Below, in pieces: positions 8,477-16,509 of a stretch of 64,000 nt of DNA. The DNA lies in contig CAZWMT010000006.1 in the NCBI GenBank assembly GCA_964635055.1, positions 70,896 to 134,895 of the forward strand. The letters run 5' to 3'. Numbering within the stretch: position 1 is the stretch's first letter; every line of letters starts with the position of its first letter. The position numbers and the translations under genes are program-made. Under the pieces are notes generated by a model. The model was not told where the DNA came from. It did not search any database and saw only the letters and a program-made list of their open reading frames with translations. Source of the DNA: an uncultured Microthrixaceae bacterium (GTDB taxonomy: Bacteria > Actinomycetota > Acidimicrobiia > Acidimicrobiales > DATDAH01).

Positions 8477-9848
8477 GGGAAGCCGGTGCGGATCTCGCAG
8501 GTCTGCTGGGTGTCGGTGCCGCCGTTGCCCCGGCAGGTGTCGTTGCCCTTGCCGCCGACGGTGCGGTCGTTGCCGTTGCCGCCGTTGAGCGTGTCGGAGC
8601 CCTTGAACCCGAACATGCGGTCGTTGCCCTCGCCGCCGTTGACGGTGTCGCCCCGGTCGCCGGCGCAGATGCGGTCGTTGCCGCCGAGGGCGTTGATGGT
8701 GTCGGGCCCGGGGGTCCCGAGGATGACGTCGTCACCGTTGGTGGGTGTGTCGCCGTCGTTCAGGTCGACCGTGATCGCCAGGCCGTCGCACGAGGGCGGA
8801 TCCACGGCGATTCGGGCGATGCGACGAGTCGAGCTGCCGCCGCCGGCCGCCCACAGCGTGTTCCCCGGACCGGGGGCGATCTCGTGGGGGCTGGGCCCGA
8901 ACTGGAGGCCGCTGGCGGTGAACGTGGTGTAGCCGGTCCCCGCCGTGCTGATGCGGGCCACCGTGCCCGTGTTGCCGCGGATGAACCACAGGTTCCCGTC
9001 GTCGCCGGCGGTGATCCCCTTGGGGTTGCTGTCCGCGGGGATCGGGAAGGTCGTGAACGTGTTCGTGCCGATCACGTAGCGGGCCACCCCGGGGCTGCTG
9101 ATCCCGCCGTAGGTGAACCACAGGTTGCCGTCGGGGCCGATGGTGAGCTGGCGGGGGTTGATGTCGCCCTGGGGGATGTCGAAGGCCTGGGACTGGCCGG
9201 TGGTGGGGTTGATCCGCACCAGTTCGTGGTTGTCGTTCGCTTGGTGATCCAGATGTTCCCGTCAGGCCCGAGGGCGATGTCGCCGGAGGAGCCGTTGTTC
9301 CCGGTGGCGGCGCCGAGCGTCCCGGCCGTGCCGGTCCCACCGGTGTGCATGCGCTGCGCAGCGCTGCCGTCGAACCAGATGCTGCCGTCGGCTGCGGTGG
9401 TGATCTTGAACGGGAAGATGACGCTGCCGGGGGAGAAGAAGGTGAAGGCGTCGGTGGTCAGGTTCAGGCGGCCGATGCGACCGGTCTGCTGGCCGGGTGG
9501 GCCGGCGGTCGGGTCGGTGAACCAGATGTTCCCGTCGCCGCCGACGGTGAGGTCGGCGGGACCGTCGATGGCGGGATCGGTGTGGAAGGTGATGGCGCCC
9601 GACGGTGTGATCTCGCCGATGCCGTTGGTCGGGCCCGATCCCCACGGGTTGGCGAAGTACATGTGGCCGTCCGGCCCCTCGACGATGCCGCCGGTGGGGA
9701 AGAGCCCTGATGTCGAGGCGCCGAACAGGGTGATCGACCCCGTCGCAGCCATGGCGGAGGGTCCCGACCCGCCGATGGGAAGCACCGCGGCGGCCAGTGC
9801 CGCGACGGTCAGCGCGGCGAGCGCGCGTGCCCTGCTCCGTGTCGACAT
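8473..9848 (-). pseudogene. Secreted Vgb-like beta-propeller repeat protein with C-terminal RTX (GGxGxD) calcium-binding repeats, split by a frameshift near 9225-9240
   Basis: ORF 9072..9848 has a signal peptide ('MSTRSRARALAALTVAALAAAVLP') and 'GPDGNIWFT'-type repeats. It leaves the repeat pattern after 'DIALGPDGNIWIT'. The -1 frame (ORF 8473..9219) continues with 'QANDNHELVRINPTTG...GPDGNLWFT' and ends in 'GGNDRICAGDRGDTVNGGEGNDRMFGFKGSDTLNGGNGNDR'. Confidence 0.65.
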
Positions 9849-9905
9849 CTCTCACCTTCCCTCGTCGCTGGTGACGATGAGGCTAGCGAGCGACGGTGCA
9901 CGGTT

Positions 9906-10631
9906 TCAGGCGGACTCGGTGAAGCGGAGCGCGAACTCGATCGCGCCGCTGTCCTCCACCTGGGCCGGGCCACCGCTGGGGTCGTTGATGGAGAAGTCCG
10001 ACCAGGTCACCGGGATGCTGCCGGTCACCTCGATGGCCGCGCCGTTCCTCCGGGTGGTCAGGTCGACGGTGACGGCCTGGGTCACGCCGTGGGCGGTCAG
10101 GTCGCCGGTGGCGGTCACCGTCACCTCCTGCTGGTCCTCGGGTTCGCTACCGATCTCGATCGGGTCGGTGAGCTCGAACGTGGCGGTGGGGAATTGGCCG
10201 GTCTCGAGGATGCGGTTCTGCACCTGGCCGTCGCGGATGTCCTCGTCGCTGCTCAGGCCGGTGAGATCGACCTCGAGGCTCGTGGCGGTGACGGTGGTGC
10301 CGTCGATCTCGAGCGTGCCGGTCACCCCCTCGGTGCGGCCGGCGGCCTCGTTCGACTGCCCGAACAGCACCTCGGTGGCCCGGTAGCCCGCTGTCGAGCC
10401 GTCGGCGACCGCCCACGAGCCGTCGATGGTCCCGTCGTCGACGGCGGTCGAGCCGGCGCTGGTGGTCGTGGTGATGTCCGAGAAGCCCAGCGGGTCGGGC
10501 GCGTCCTCCTGGATGAAGTTGAAGTACACGAAGGGGCCCACGACGACCGCGAGCAGGATCACCACCGGCACGGCGATCAACCAGGTGCGGGGCTTGCGGA
10601 GCTGGTCTTTGAACGACATGGCCGACAGCAT
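9906..10631 (-). CDS. YceI family periplasmic/secreted protein with N-terminal membrane anchor
   Basis: TM helix 'WLIAVPVVILLAVVVGPFVYF', then a YceI-like pattern ('STAGYRATEVLFGQSNEAAGRTEGVTG', 'ATFELT', 'TATGDLTAHGVTQAV'). Confidence 0.85.
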   Translation of the reverse strand: MLSAMSFKDQLRKPRTWLIAVPVVILLAVVVGPFVYFNFIQEDAPDPLGFSDITTTTSAGSTAVDDGTIDGSWAVADGSTAGYRATEVLFGQSNEAAGRTEGVTGTLEIDGTTVTATSLEVDLTGLSSDEDIRDGQVQNRILETGQFPTATFELTDPIEIGSEPEDQQEVTVTATGDLTAHGVTQAVTVDLTTRRNGAAIEVTGSIPVTWSDFSINDPSGGPAQVEDSGAIEFALRFTESA

Positions 10632-10767
10632 GCCCCATCGACCTCCGATTTCCCTGAGAATCCCGTGAAATCCTGGCGCCTACCTCTCCCCTCGGCGCAT
10701 CCACCCACCGCTCGGGTAGGTCGGTGCGCCGAGCTCGGGCGGTTCAGGGTGCCGGCGTCAACCGGTG

Positions 10768-12978
10768 TCAGGGCTCGTCGACCTCGACGGGCAGCCGCCG
10801 GTCGGTCAGGGTCTGGTCGCCGAGCTGGCCCTGGAGGTTTCTGCCCCAGCAGCGCACCCGTCCGTCGTCCAGCACGGCACACGCATGGCCGATGCCGCCC
10901 ACGCTCACGTCGGACGCGGTGGGCAGGCCGGTACCCCCGCCCACCGCGGTGGGGAGGTACCGCAGGATGCCCGCCGTGCCGTCACCGATGGTGCCGTACG
11001 AGTTGTCGCCCCAGCACCAGGTGCGTCCGTCCTCGGTGACCGCGCAGGTCGCGTACCACCCGGCGGCGAGGTGTCGGACGCCGGTGAGTGGCCCCGATCC
11101 CGACGGATCGAGGACCACGACGGGGCGATGGGTGGGTTGTACGCCGCTGCCCGGTTCGATGATCACCGGGGGGCGACCGAGCTGACCCTGGTCATTGCCC
11201 CAGCAGCGAGCCTGCCCGTCGGTCAGCCGCGCACAGGTGTGGTCCCAGCGAGCGGTGATGTCGATCACGCCGGTGAGCGGGCCCGTGCCCTCGGGGTTGA
11301 CGACGGTGACGGGCGTCAGGGAGCCGGCGGTCGTCCCATCGCCCAGGCGTCCGGACCCGCCGTCGCCCCAACAGCGCACCTCACCGCCGGCGAGGGCGGC
11401 GCAGCTGAACCCGAGACCGGCGGCGACGCGTTGCACGCCGGTGAGCGGGGCCCCGCTCGCCTCCCGGACCACGACCGGGACCGAGGAGGGGGTCGTGGTG
11501 CCGTCCCCGAGCTCCCCGTCGACGTTGTCGCCCCAGCAGACCGCATGGCCGGAGGTGAGCCGGCCACACGCGTGGGTGAAGCCGGCGGCGATCTGGGTCA
11601 CGCCGAGGAGGGGACCCGTGCCCTCGGGAGCGACGACCGGCGTCGGCAGGTCCCGGTCACCGGTGGAGCCGGTGCCGAGGCGACCGTGCCAGCCGGAGCC
11701 CCAACACCGTGCCTGGCCGTTCCCGAGCACCGCGCAGGCGAACGCGGGGCCGACGGAGAGGTCGGCCACGTCGGTGAGCGGCCCGTCGCCGCCCTCGTCG
11801 AGCACGGCGACGGGCCAGGTGGTGTGAGCGCTGGACGGGCGGCCCAATGCGTAGGAGCCCCAGCATCGGGCCTGGCCGCCGGCCACGACGGCGCACGTGG
11901 CGAAGTAGCCGGTGTCGATGCGGGTGGCCCCGGTGAGCGGGGGTCCGGCGCGGTTGGCGAACGTGCACGTGGCCTGTTCGCCCGCTGCCAGCGTGATGGT
12001 GGCGCGCCGTGCTGCGAGGTCGACGGCTTCGCCAGGGCAGGTCAGGTCAGCCAGCCGGTGGTCGGGCACCTCGTCCTGGGTGACGGTGTAGGTGCCGCTG
12101 GGAATCGGGCCCGAGTGCAACCGATCGGTGCGGGTGGCATCCGTGCCGGCGTCGTCGTCGAGGGCGAACGTGCTGCAGCCGCTGCCGAGGCAGCCGGTGA
12201 ACGTCAGGTCCGCTCCGGTGTCCAGGAGGTCGTCCTCGACGATGGTGAGGGTCTGGGTGACGTCGGTGAAGGTGCACGTGCGGTGGTCGCTCGGCCCGCT
12301 GAGGACGATGGTGACCTGCCGGTTGGGAAGGTCCGTGGTGATGCCGGTGGTGGTGTTGCAGGTGACGGCGGTGAGGGGCCAGGTGGCGTCGGCGGATTGG
12401 GTGACGGTGTAGGTGCCGGGGGCGAGGCCGCCGCCGGTGACGGTGTCGGGCAGGGTGGGATCGGCGTCGTCGTCGAGGGCGAAGGTGCTGCAGCCGGTGC
12501 CGAGGCAGCCGGTGTAGGTCATGTCCTGGCCGTGGTCGGGGCTCGTGTCCTGGACGATGGCGATCGAGGGGGACTGGTCGGTGAAGGTGCAGGTGACGGC
12601 CTTGCCGTCGGTGAGGGTGATGGTGGCGCGGCGGGTTGCGAGGTTGGTGGCGCCGCCGCTGGTGCACGTGAGCGAGGTGAGCGTCCAGCCGGGGACGACG
12701 TCCTGGGTGATGGTGTAGGTGCCGGGGGCGAGGCCGGTGGCGGTGACCCGGTCGGGCAGGGTGGGGTCGGTGTCGTCGTCGAGGGTGAACGGCCCGCACC
12801 CGGCGCCTTGGCAGCCGGTGAACCCGACGTCGGTCCCGTCGGCCGGGTTGGCGTCGAGCACGATCGTGATGGTCCCCCCGGTGGCCGCCGCCACGGGAGT
12901 GGGTTGGCTCACCGCCAGCGCGGCGGCGACAGCCGCCAACGCCGCGACCACCGCGACGAGGTGGCGGCGCCAGCGCAT
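10768..12978 (-). CDS. Secreted protein: signal peptide + 4 Cys-containing prealbumin/SpaA-like modules + 7 RCC1 repeats
   Basis: Signal 'MRWRRHLVAVVAALAAVAAALAVSQPTPVAAA'. Four modules of about 90 aa ('FTGC..GC..F.LDDD...PGTYT.TQ...W.L..L.C....C.F'). Seven 'RCWG.N..GQLGDGT' blades. Confidence 0.85.
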   Translation of the reverse strand: MRWRRHLVAVVAALAAVAAALAVSQPTPVAAATGGTITIVLDANPADGTDVGFTGCQGAGCGPFTLDDDTDPTLPDRVTATGLAPGTYTITQDVVPGWTLTSLTCTSGGATNLATRRATITLTDGKAVTCTFTDQSPSIAIVQDTSPDHGQDMTYTGCLGTGCSTFALDDDADPTLPDTVTGGGLAPGTYTVTQSADATWPLTAVTCNTTTGITTDLPNRQVTIVLSGPSDHRTCTFTDVTQTLTIVEDDLLDTGADLTFTGCLGSGCSTFALDDDAGTDATRTDRLHSGPIPSGTYTVTQDEVPDHRLADLTCPGEAVDLAARRATITLAAGEQATCTFANRAGPPLTGATRIDTGYFATCAVVAGGQARCWGSYALGRPSSAHTTWPVAVLDEGGDGPLTDVADLSVGPAFACAVLGNGQARCWGSGWHGRLGTGSTGDRDLPTPVVAPEGTGPLLGVTQIAAGFTHACGRLTSGHAVCWGDNVDGELGDGTTTPSSVPVVVREASGAPLTGVQRVAAGLGFSCAALAGGEVRCWGDGGSGRLGDGTTAGSLTPVTVVNPEGTGPLTGVIDITARWDHTCARLTDGQARCWGNDQGQLGRPPVIIEPGSGVQPTHRPVVVLDPSGSGPLTGVRHLAAGWYATCAVTEDGRTWCWGDNSYGTIGDGTAGILRYLPTAVGGGTGLPTASDVSVGGIGHACAVLDDGRVRCWGRNLQGQLGDQTLTDRRLPVEVDEP

Positions 12979-13039
12979 GAACTCCCCATCGGCAGGTAGG
13001 ACAGTCGTTCAACGGGAACCCGGCCCTCGTCCCTCGGGC

Positions 13040-15292
13040 TCAGGGCTCCGGGTCGCCCACCGCCACCGGGAAGACGCGGTCGACGGCGGTGCCGTCGCCC
13101 AGCACGCCGCCGTAGTTGTGTCCCCAGCACCGGGCCTCGCCGTTGCGGAGCAGCGCGCAGACGTGGTTGTAGGTGCCGCTCAGGGCGGTGACCTCGCCCA
13201 GGGTCCCCACGCCGCCGATGCCGGCCACTGGGACGGGGATCGCGGTCGAGCCGGAGCCGGCGGACCCGAGCGACTCCCCGGCGCACCGCGCGACGGCATC
13301 CGTCGTGACGACGCAGAGCCGGAGGTAGCCCGCCTCGATGGCATCGCTGTCGGACCGGGCGTTGGTGCCGTCCTCGGCGAGGATCGCGCTCGGGAGTGTG
13401 TGCGACCGGCCACCGCCCTCCGGGGTCTGTCCCCAACACCACGCCCGGCCGTCGGTGTGGCGCCCGCAGGAGAGGACGAAGCTGGACGAGATCTGCTCGA
13501 TCCCCGTCAGCGGTCCGGTTCCGGCGGCGTTCTGGACGACCACCGGTCGTGGCGACGCCACCTTGGTGCCGTTGCCCAGAGCGCCCTGGCTGTTCGACCC
13601 CCAGCACCGCACCTCGCCGGATTCGAGCAGTGCGCACGAGTGCCAGTAGCCGCTGGCCACCGAGGTGACGTCGGTCAGGGGGGTGTCGCCGTCGACGGCG
13701 ACGACCGCTGCAGGACGTGAGCGGTCCGTCGACGTACCGTCGCCCAACTGGCCGAACGTGTTCCGGCCCCAGCAGAGCGCTCTGCCGTCGTCGAGCACGG
13801 CGCAGGTGTGCTGGTTCCCGCGGGCATCGATCTGAGCGATCCCGGTGAGCGGGCCGGAACCGTCGATGCTCCGCACCACGACCGGCAGGCTGGCATTGGC
13901 GGAGGTCCCGTCGCCGAGCTGACCGTAGGAGTTCGCCCCCCAGCACACCGCTCGACCGGAGCCGAGCAGCGCACAGGTCCGGGCCCATCCGGCAGAGAGC
14001 CGGGTGATGTCGGTGAGCGGCCCCGAGCCCTCGGGATCCAGCACCACCACCGGGCGCATCGAGTCGGTCGTGGTTCCGTTCCCCAGTTGCCCGTGATGGT
14101 TGATGCCCCAACAACGCGCCTGGCCGCTGGTCAAGAGCGCGCAGGTGTGTTGCTCGCCGGCGGCGATCTGCTCGATGCCCGTGAGCCGGGGCGGGATGGG
14201 TCGGTTCGAGAAGGTGCAGGTGACGTCGTCACGGGGGCCGAGCGTGATGGTGGCCCGGCGGGCGGCGAGGTCGACCGTCTCGCCGGGGCACGAGATGGCG
14301 GTGAGCTCGTGCCCGGGGACGTCGTCCTGGGTGATCGTGTAGGTGCCCGGCACCAGGCCGTGAGAGGTGATCGTGCGGGGCAGCCCGGCATCGGCGTCAT
14401 CGTCCATCGAGAACGTGCTGCAGCCCGACCCGAGGCAGCCCGTGAACCCGAAGTCCTGCCCGGAGTCGGGCGCGGTGTCCTCGACCAGGGTGATCGACTG
14501 GCTCCGGTTGGTGAAGGAGCAGTACACCGCCTCACCCGGATGCACGGTGATCGTGACCCGTCGGCGGGCAAGGTCGATCACCTCCGTCTCGTTGCACGTG
14601 AGCTCGGTCAGGTCCCATGCGGCGTTCGGTGCCTGCGTGACCGTGTAGGTGCCGGTCGGAAGGGCGTTCGTCTCCACGCGGACCGGGAGGCCGGGATCGG
14701 TGTCGTCGTCGAGCGAGAACGTGCCGCAGTTCGACGACTCGTCACACCCGGTGAAGGCGAAGTCCTGAGGGCCGTTCGGTTCGGTGTTCTGAGTGATCCG
14801 GATCGTCTGCGTGCGGTTGGCGAACGTGCAGAACACACCTTGCCCGGCCTGGAGGTCGACGGTGACCTGTCGTCGGGCCAGGTCGACCACCTCGGTCGTG
14901 GTGTTGGAGCACGAGATGCCCACCAGCGGCCAGTTCGCCGTCGGCGCCTGGGTGATCACGTAGGTGCCGGGGGAGAGCCCCATGCCCGTACGGGCGCCGG
15001 GGACCGTCGGATCCGAGTCGTCGTCGAGGACGAACGAGTCACACGCCGTGCCCGAGGTGCCCATGCAACCGGTGAACGTGAAGTCCTGCGCGTGCGAGGG
15101 TGACGACGACTGGCTCACCGACAGGAACGGCAACGTCACGATGGACGGCCGTGCGCCTCGCACGAACTCGGGCGCGCCGGCGGCGGGCTCGGGGCCGGCC
15201 GCCGCCACCGGGGTGGGCTGGCTCACCGCCAGCGCCGCGGCCACGGCCGCCAGCGCCGCGACCACCGCGATGAGGTGGCGGCGGAGGCGCAT
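13040..15292 (-). CDS. Secreted RCC1-repeat protein, tandem paralog of 10768..12978
   Basis: Same architecture as its neighbour and a nearly identical signal peptide ('MRLRRHLIAVVAALAAVAAALAVSQPTPVAAA'). DNA of 15214-15292 closely matches 12900-12978. Confidence 0.85.
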   Translation of the reverse strand: MRLRRHLIAVVAALAAVAAALAVSQPTPVAAAGPEPAAGAPEFVRGARPSIVTLPFLSVSQSSSPSHAQDFTFTGCMGTSGTACDSFVLDDDSDPTVPGARTGMGLSPGTYVITQAPTANWPLVGISCSNTTTEVVDLARRQVTVDLQAGQGVFCTFANRTQTIRITQNTEPNGPQDFAFTGCDESSNCGTFSLDDDTDPGLPVRVETNALPTGTYTVTQAPNAAWDLTELTCNETEVIDLARRRVTITVHPGEAVYCSFTNRSQSITLVEDTAPDSGQDFGFTGCLGSGCSTFSMDDDADAGLPRTITSHGLVPGTYTITQDDVPGHELTAISCPGETVDLAARRATITLGPRDDVTCTFSNRPIPPRLTGIEQIAAGEQHTCALLTSGQARCWGINHHGQLGNGTTTDSMRPVVVLDPEGSGPLTDITRLSAGWARTCALLGSGRAVCWGANSYGQLGDGTSANASLPVVVRSIDGSGPLTGIAQIDARGNQHTCAVLDDGRALCWGRNTFGQLGDGTSTDRSRPAAVVAVDGDTPLTDVTSVASGYWHSCALLESGEVRCWGSNSQGALGNGTKVASPRPVVVQNAAGTGPLTGIEQISSSFVLSCGRHTDGRAWCWGQTPEGGGRSHTLPSAILAEDGTNARSDSDAIEAGYLRLCVVTTDAVARCAGESLGSAGSGSTAIPVPVAGIGGVGTLGEVTALSGTYNHVCALLRNGEARCWGHNYGGVLGDGTAVDRVFPVAVGDPEP

Positions 15293-15336
15293 GAAGCCCT
15301 ATCGGGCAATTCGACCTCGCTCTGAGCGGCCGATTG

Positions 15337-15391
15337 CACGAAGTCGGCGCCGTTGATCCGCCGACAGCGGACTGGATGCGCCGACTTCGTG
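15337..15391. promoter_or_regulatory. Perfect 14-bp inverted repeat (CACGAAGTCGGCGC / GCGCCGACTTCGTG) with nested CCGC/GCGG stem, in divergent intergenic region
   Basis: Arms at 15337-15350 and 15378-15391, separated by a 27-nt spacer. It sits between the RCC1 gene start (15292, minus) and the methyltransferase ATG (15419, plus). The structure is read directly; its function (operator or 5' UTR hairpin) is inferred. Confidence 0.5.
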
Positions 15392-15418
15392 GGGTCACGG
15401 GCCAGACTCGGCCGCAGG

Positions 15419-16462
15419 ATGATCAAGTACCTGGGGTCGAAGCGGCGGCTGGTGCCGGTGCTGGGCGAGCTGTTCACCGCGTCCGGGGCCCACACCGCGC
15501 TCGACCTGTTCACGGGCACCACCCGGGTCGCCCAGGAGCTCAAGCGCCGCGGCGGGGTGGTCACGGCCGTCGACACCGCCCGCTACGCCGAGGTGTTCGC
15601 CCAGTGCTACATCGCGCTGTCGGCCGACGAGGTGGACGACCGAGCGCTCGACGACGCGCTGGCCGACCTCGCGGCGCGACCAGGGTCCCCCGGGTACTTC
15701 ACCGACACGTTCTGCGTGCGGTCCCGGTTCTTCCAGCCGTTCAACGGCGAGCGGGTCGACGCCATCCGCGACGCCATCGAGGCCGACCACCGCGACAGCG
15801 CGCTCCACCCGGTGCTGCTGACCAGCCTGATCGAGGCCGCCGACCGGGTCGACTCCACCACCGGTGTGCAGATGGCCTACGTGAAGCAGTGGGCCAAGCG
15901 GTCGTACAAGCCGCTCGAGCTGCGCCGGCCCGAGTTGCTGTCGGGCACCGGCACGGCGCTGCGGGCCGACGCCCTCGAGGTGGCGGGCTCGCTCGGCCCG
16001 TTCGACTTCGCCTACCTCGACCCGCCGTACAACCAGCACCGCTACTTCACGAACTACCACGTGTGGGAGACGCTGGTGGCCTGGGACGCCCCCGAGCACT
16101 ACGGCGTGGCCTGCAAAAGGGTCGACGCGCGCGACCCCGCCACGAAGAGCGTGTTCAACGCCAAGCGGGCCATGCCTGACGCCCTGCGGGCGGTGATCGA
16201 GGCGATCGATGCCCGCCTGGTCGTGGTGTCGTACAACGACGAGTCGTGGGTGGGCCTCGACGACCTCGTCGAGGCCTGCTCGGCCCACGGCCGCGTCGAG
16301 GTGCTGGCGTTCGACTCGAAGCGCTACGTCGGCGCGCAGATCGGCATCCACAGCCCCACCGGGGAGCGGGTGGGCGAGGTGTCGCACCTGCGCAACGTCG
16401 AGTACGTGCTGGTGGCCGGCGCCGACGCCGAGGTGCAGCGGGCGCTGGCGCCCCGCACCTGA
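15419..16462 (+). CDS. D12-class N6-adenine DNA methyltransferase (Dam-like)
   Basis: 'MIKYLGSKRRL' N-terminus, 'DLFTGTTRVA' (AdoMet motif I variant) and the catalytic 'YLDPPYNQH' (DPPY). The ATG at 15419 is preferred over the ORF-track start at 15353. Confidence 0.85.
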   Translation: MIKYLGSKRRLVPVLGELFTASGAHTALDLFTGTTRVAQELKRRGGVVTAVDTARYAEVFAQCYIALSADEVDDRALDDALADLAARPGSPGYFTDTFCVRSRFFQPFNGERVDAIRDAIEADHRDSALHPVLLTSLIEAADRVDSTTGVQMAYVKQWAKRSYKPLELRRPELLSGTGTALRADALEVAGSLGPFDFAYLDPPYNQHRYFTNYHVWETLVAWDAPEHYGVACKRVDARDPATKSVFNAKRAMPDALRAVIEAIDARLVVVSYNDESWVGLDDLVEACSAHGRVEVLAFDSKRYVGAQIGIHSPTGERVGEVSHLRNVEYVLVAGADAEVQRALAPRT

Positions 16463-16509
16463 CACGGAGGAAGCTGACACGAGCGCGGTCACGAGGGCAC
16501 AATGGGTGC

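Noticed and set aside
9205-9250. Possible programmed -1 ribosomal frameshift at the propeller/RTX gene junction.
   Set aside because: There is no X XXY YYZ slippery heptamer or homopolymer at the junction, and I could not see an obvious downstream pseudoknot or hairpin. A mutation or sequencing error is simpler.
15419-16462. Possible restriction-modification system around the D12 methyltransferase.
   Set aside because: Neither flanking gene resembles a nuclease, specificity subunit or controller protein. The neighbours are a secreted RCC1 protein and an SGNH/SLH exoprotein. It is kept as an orphan methyltransferase.
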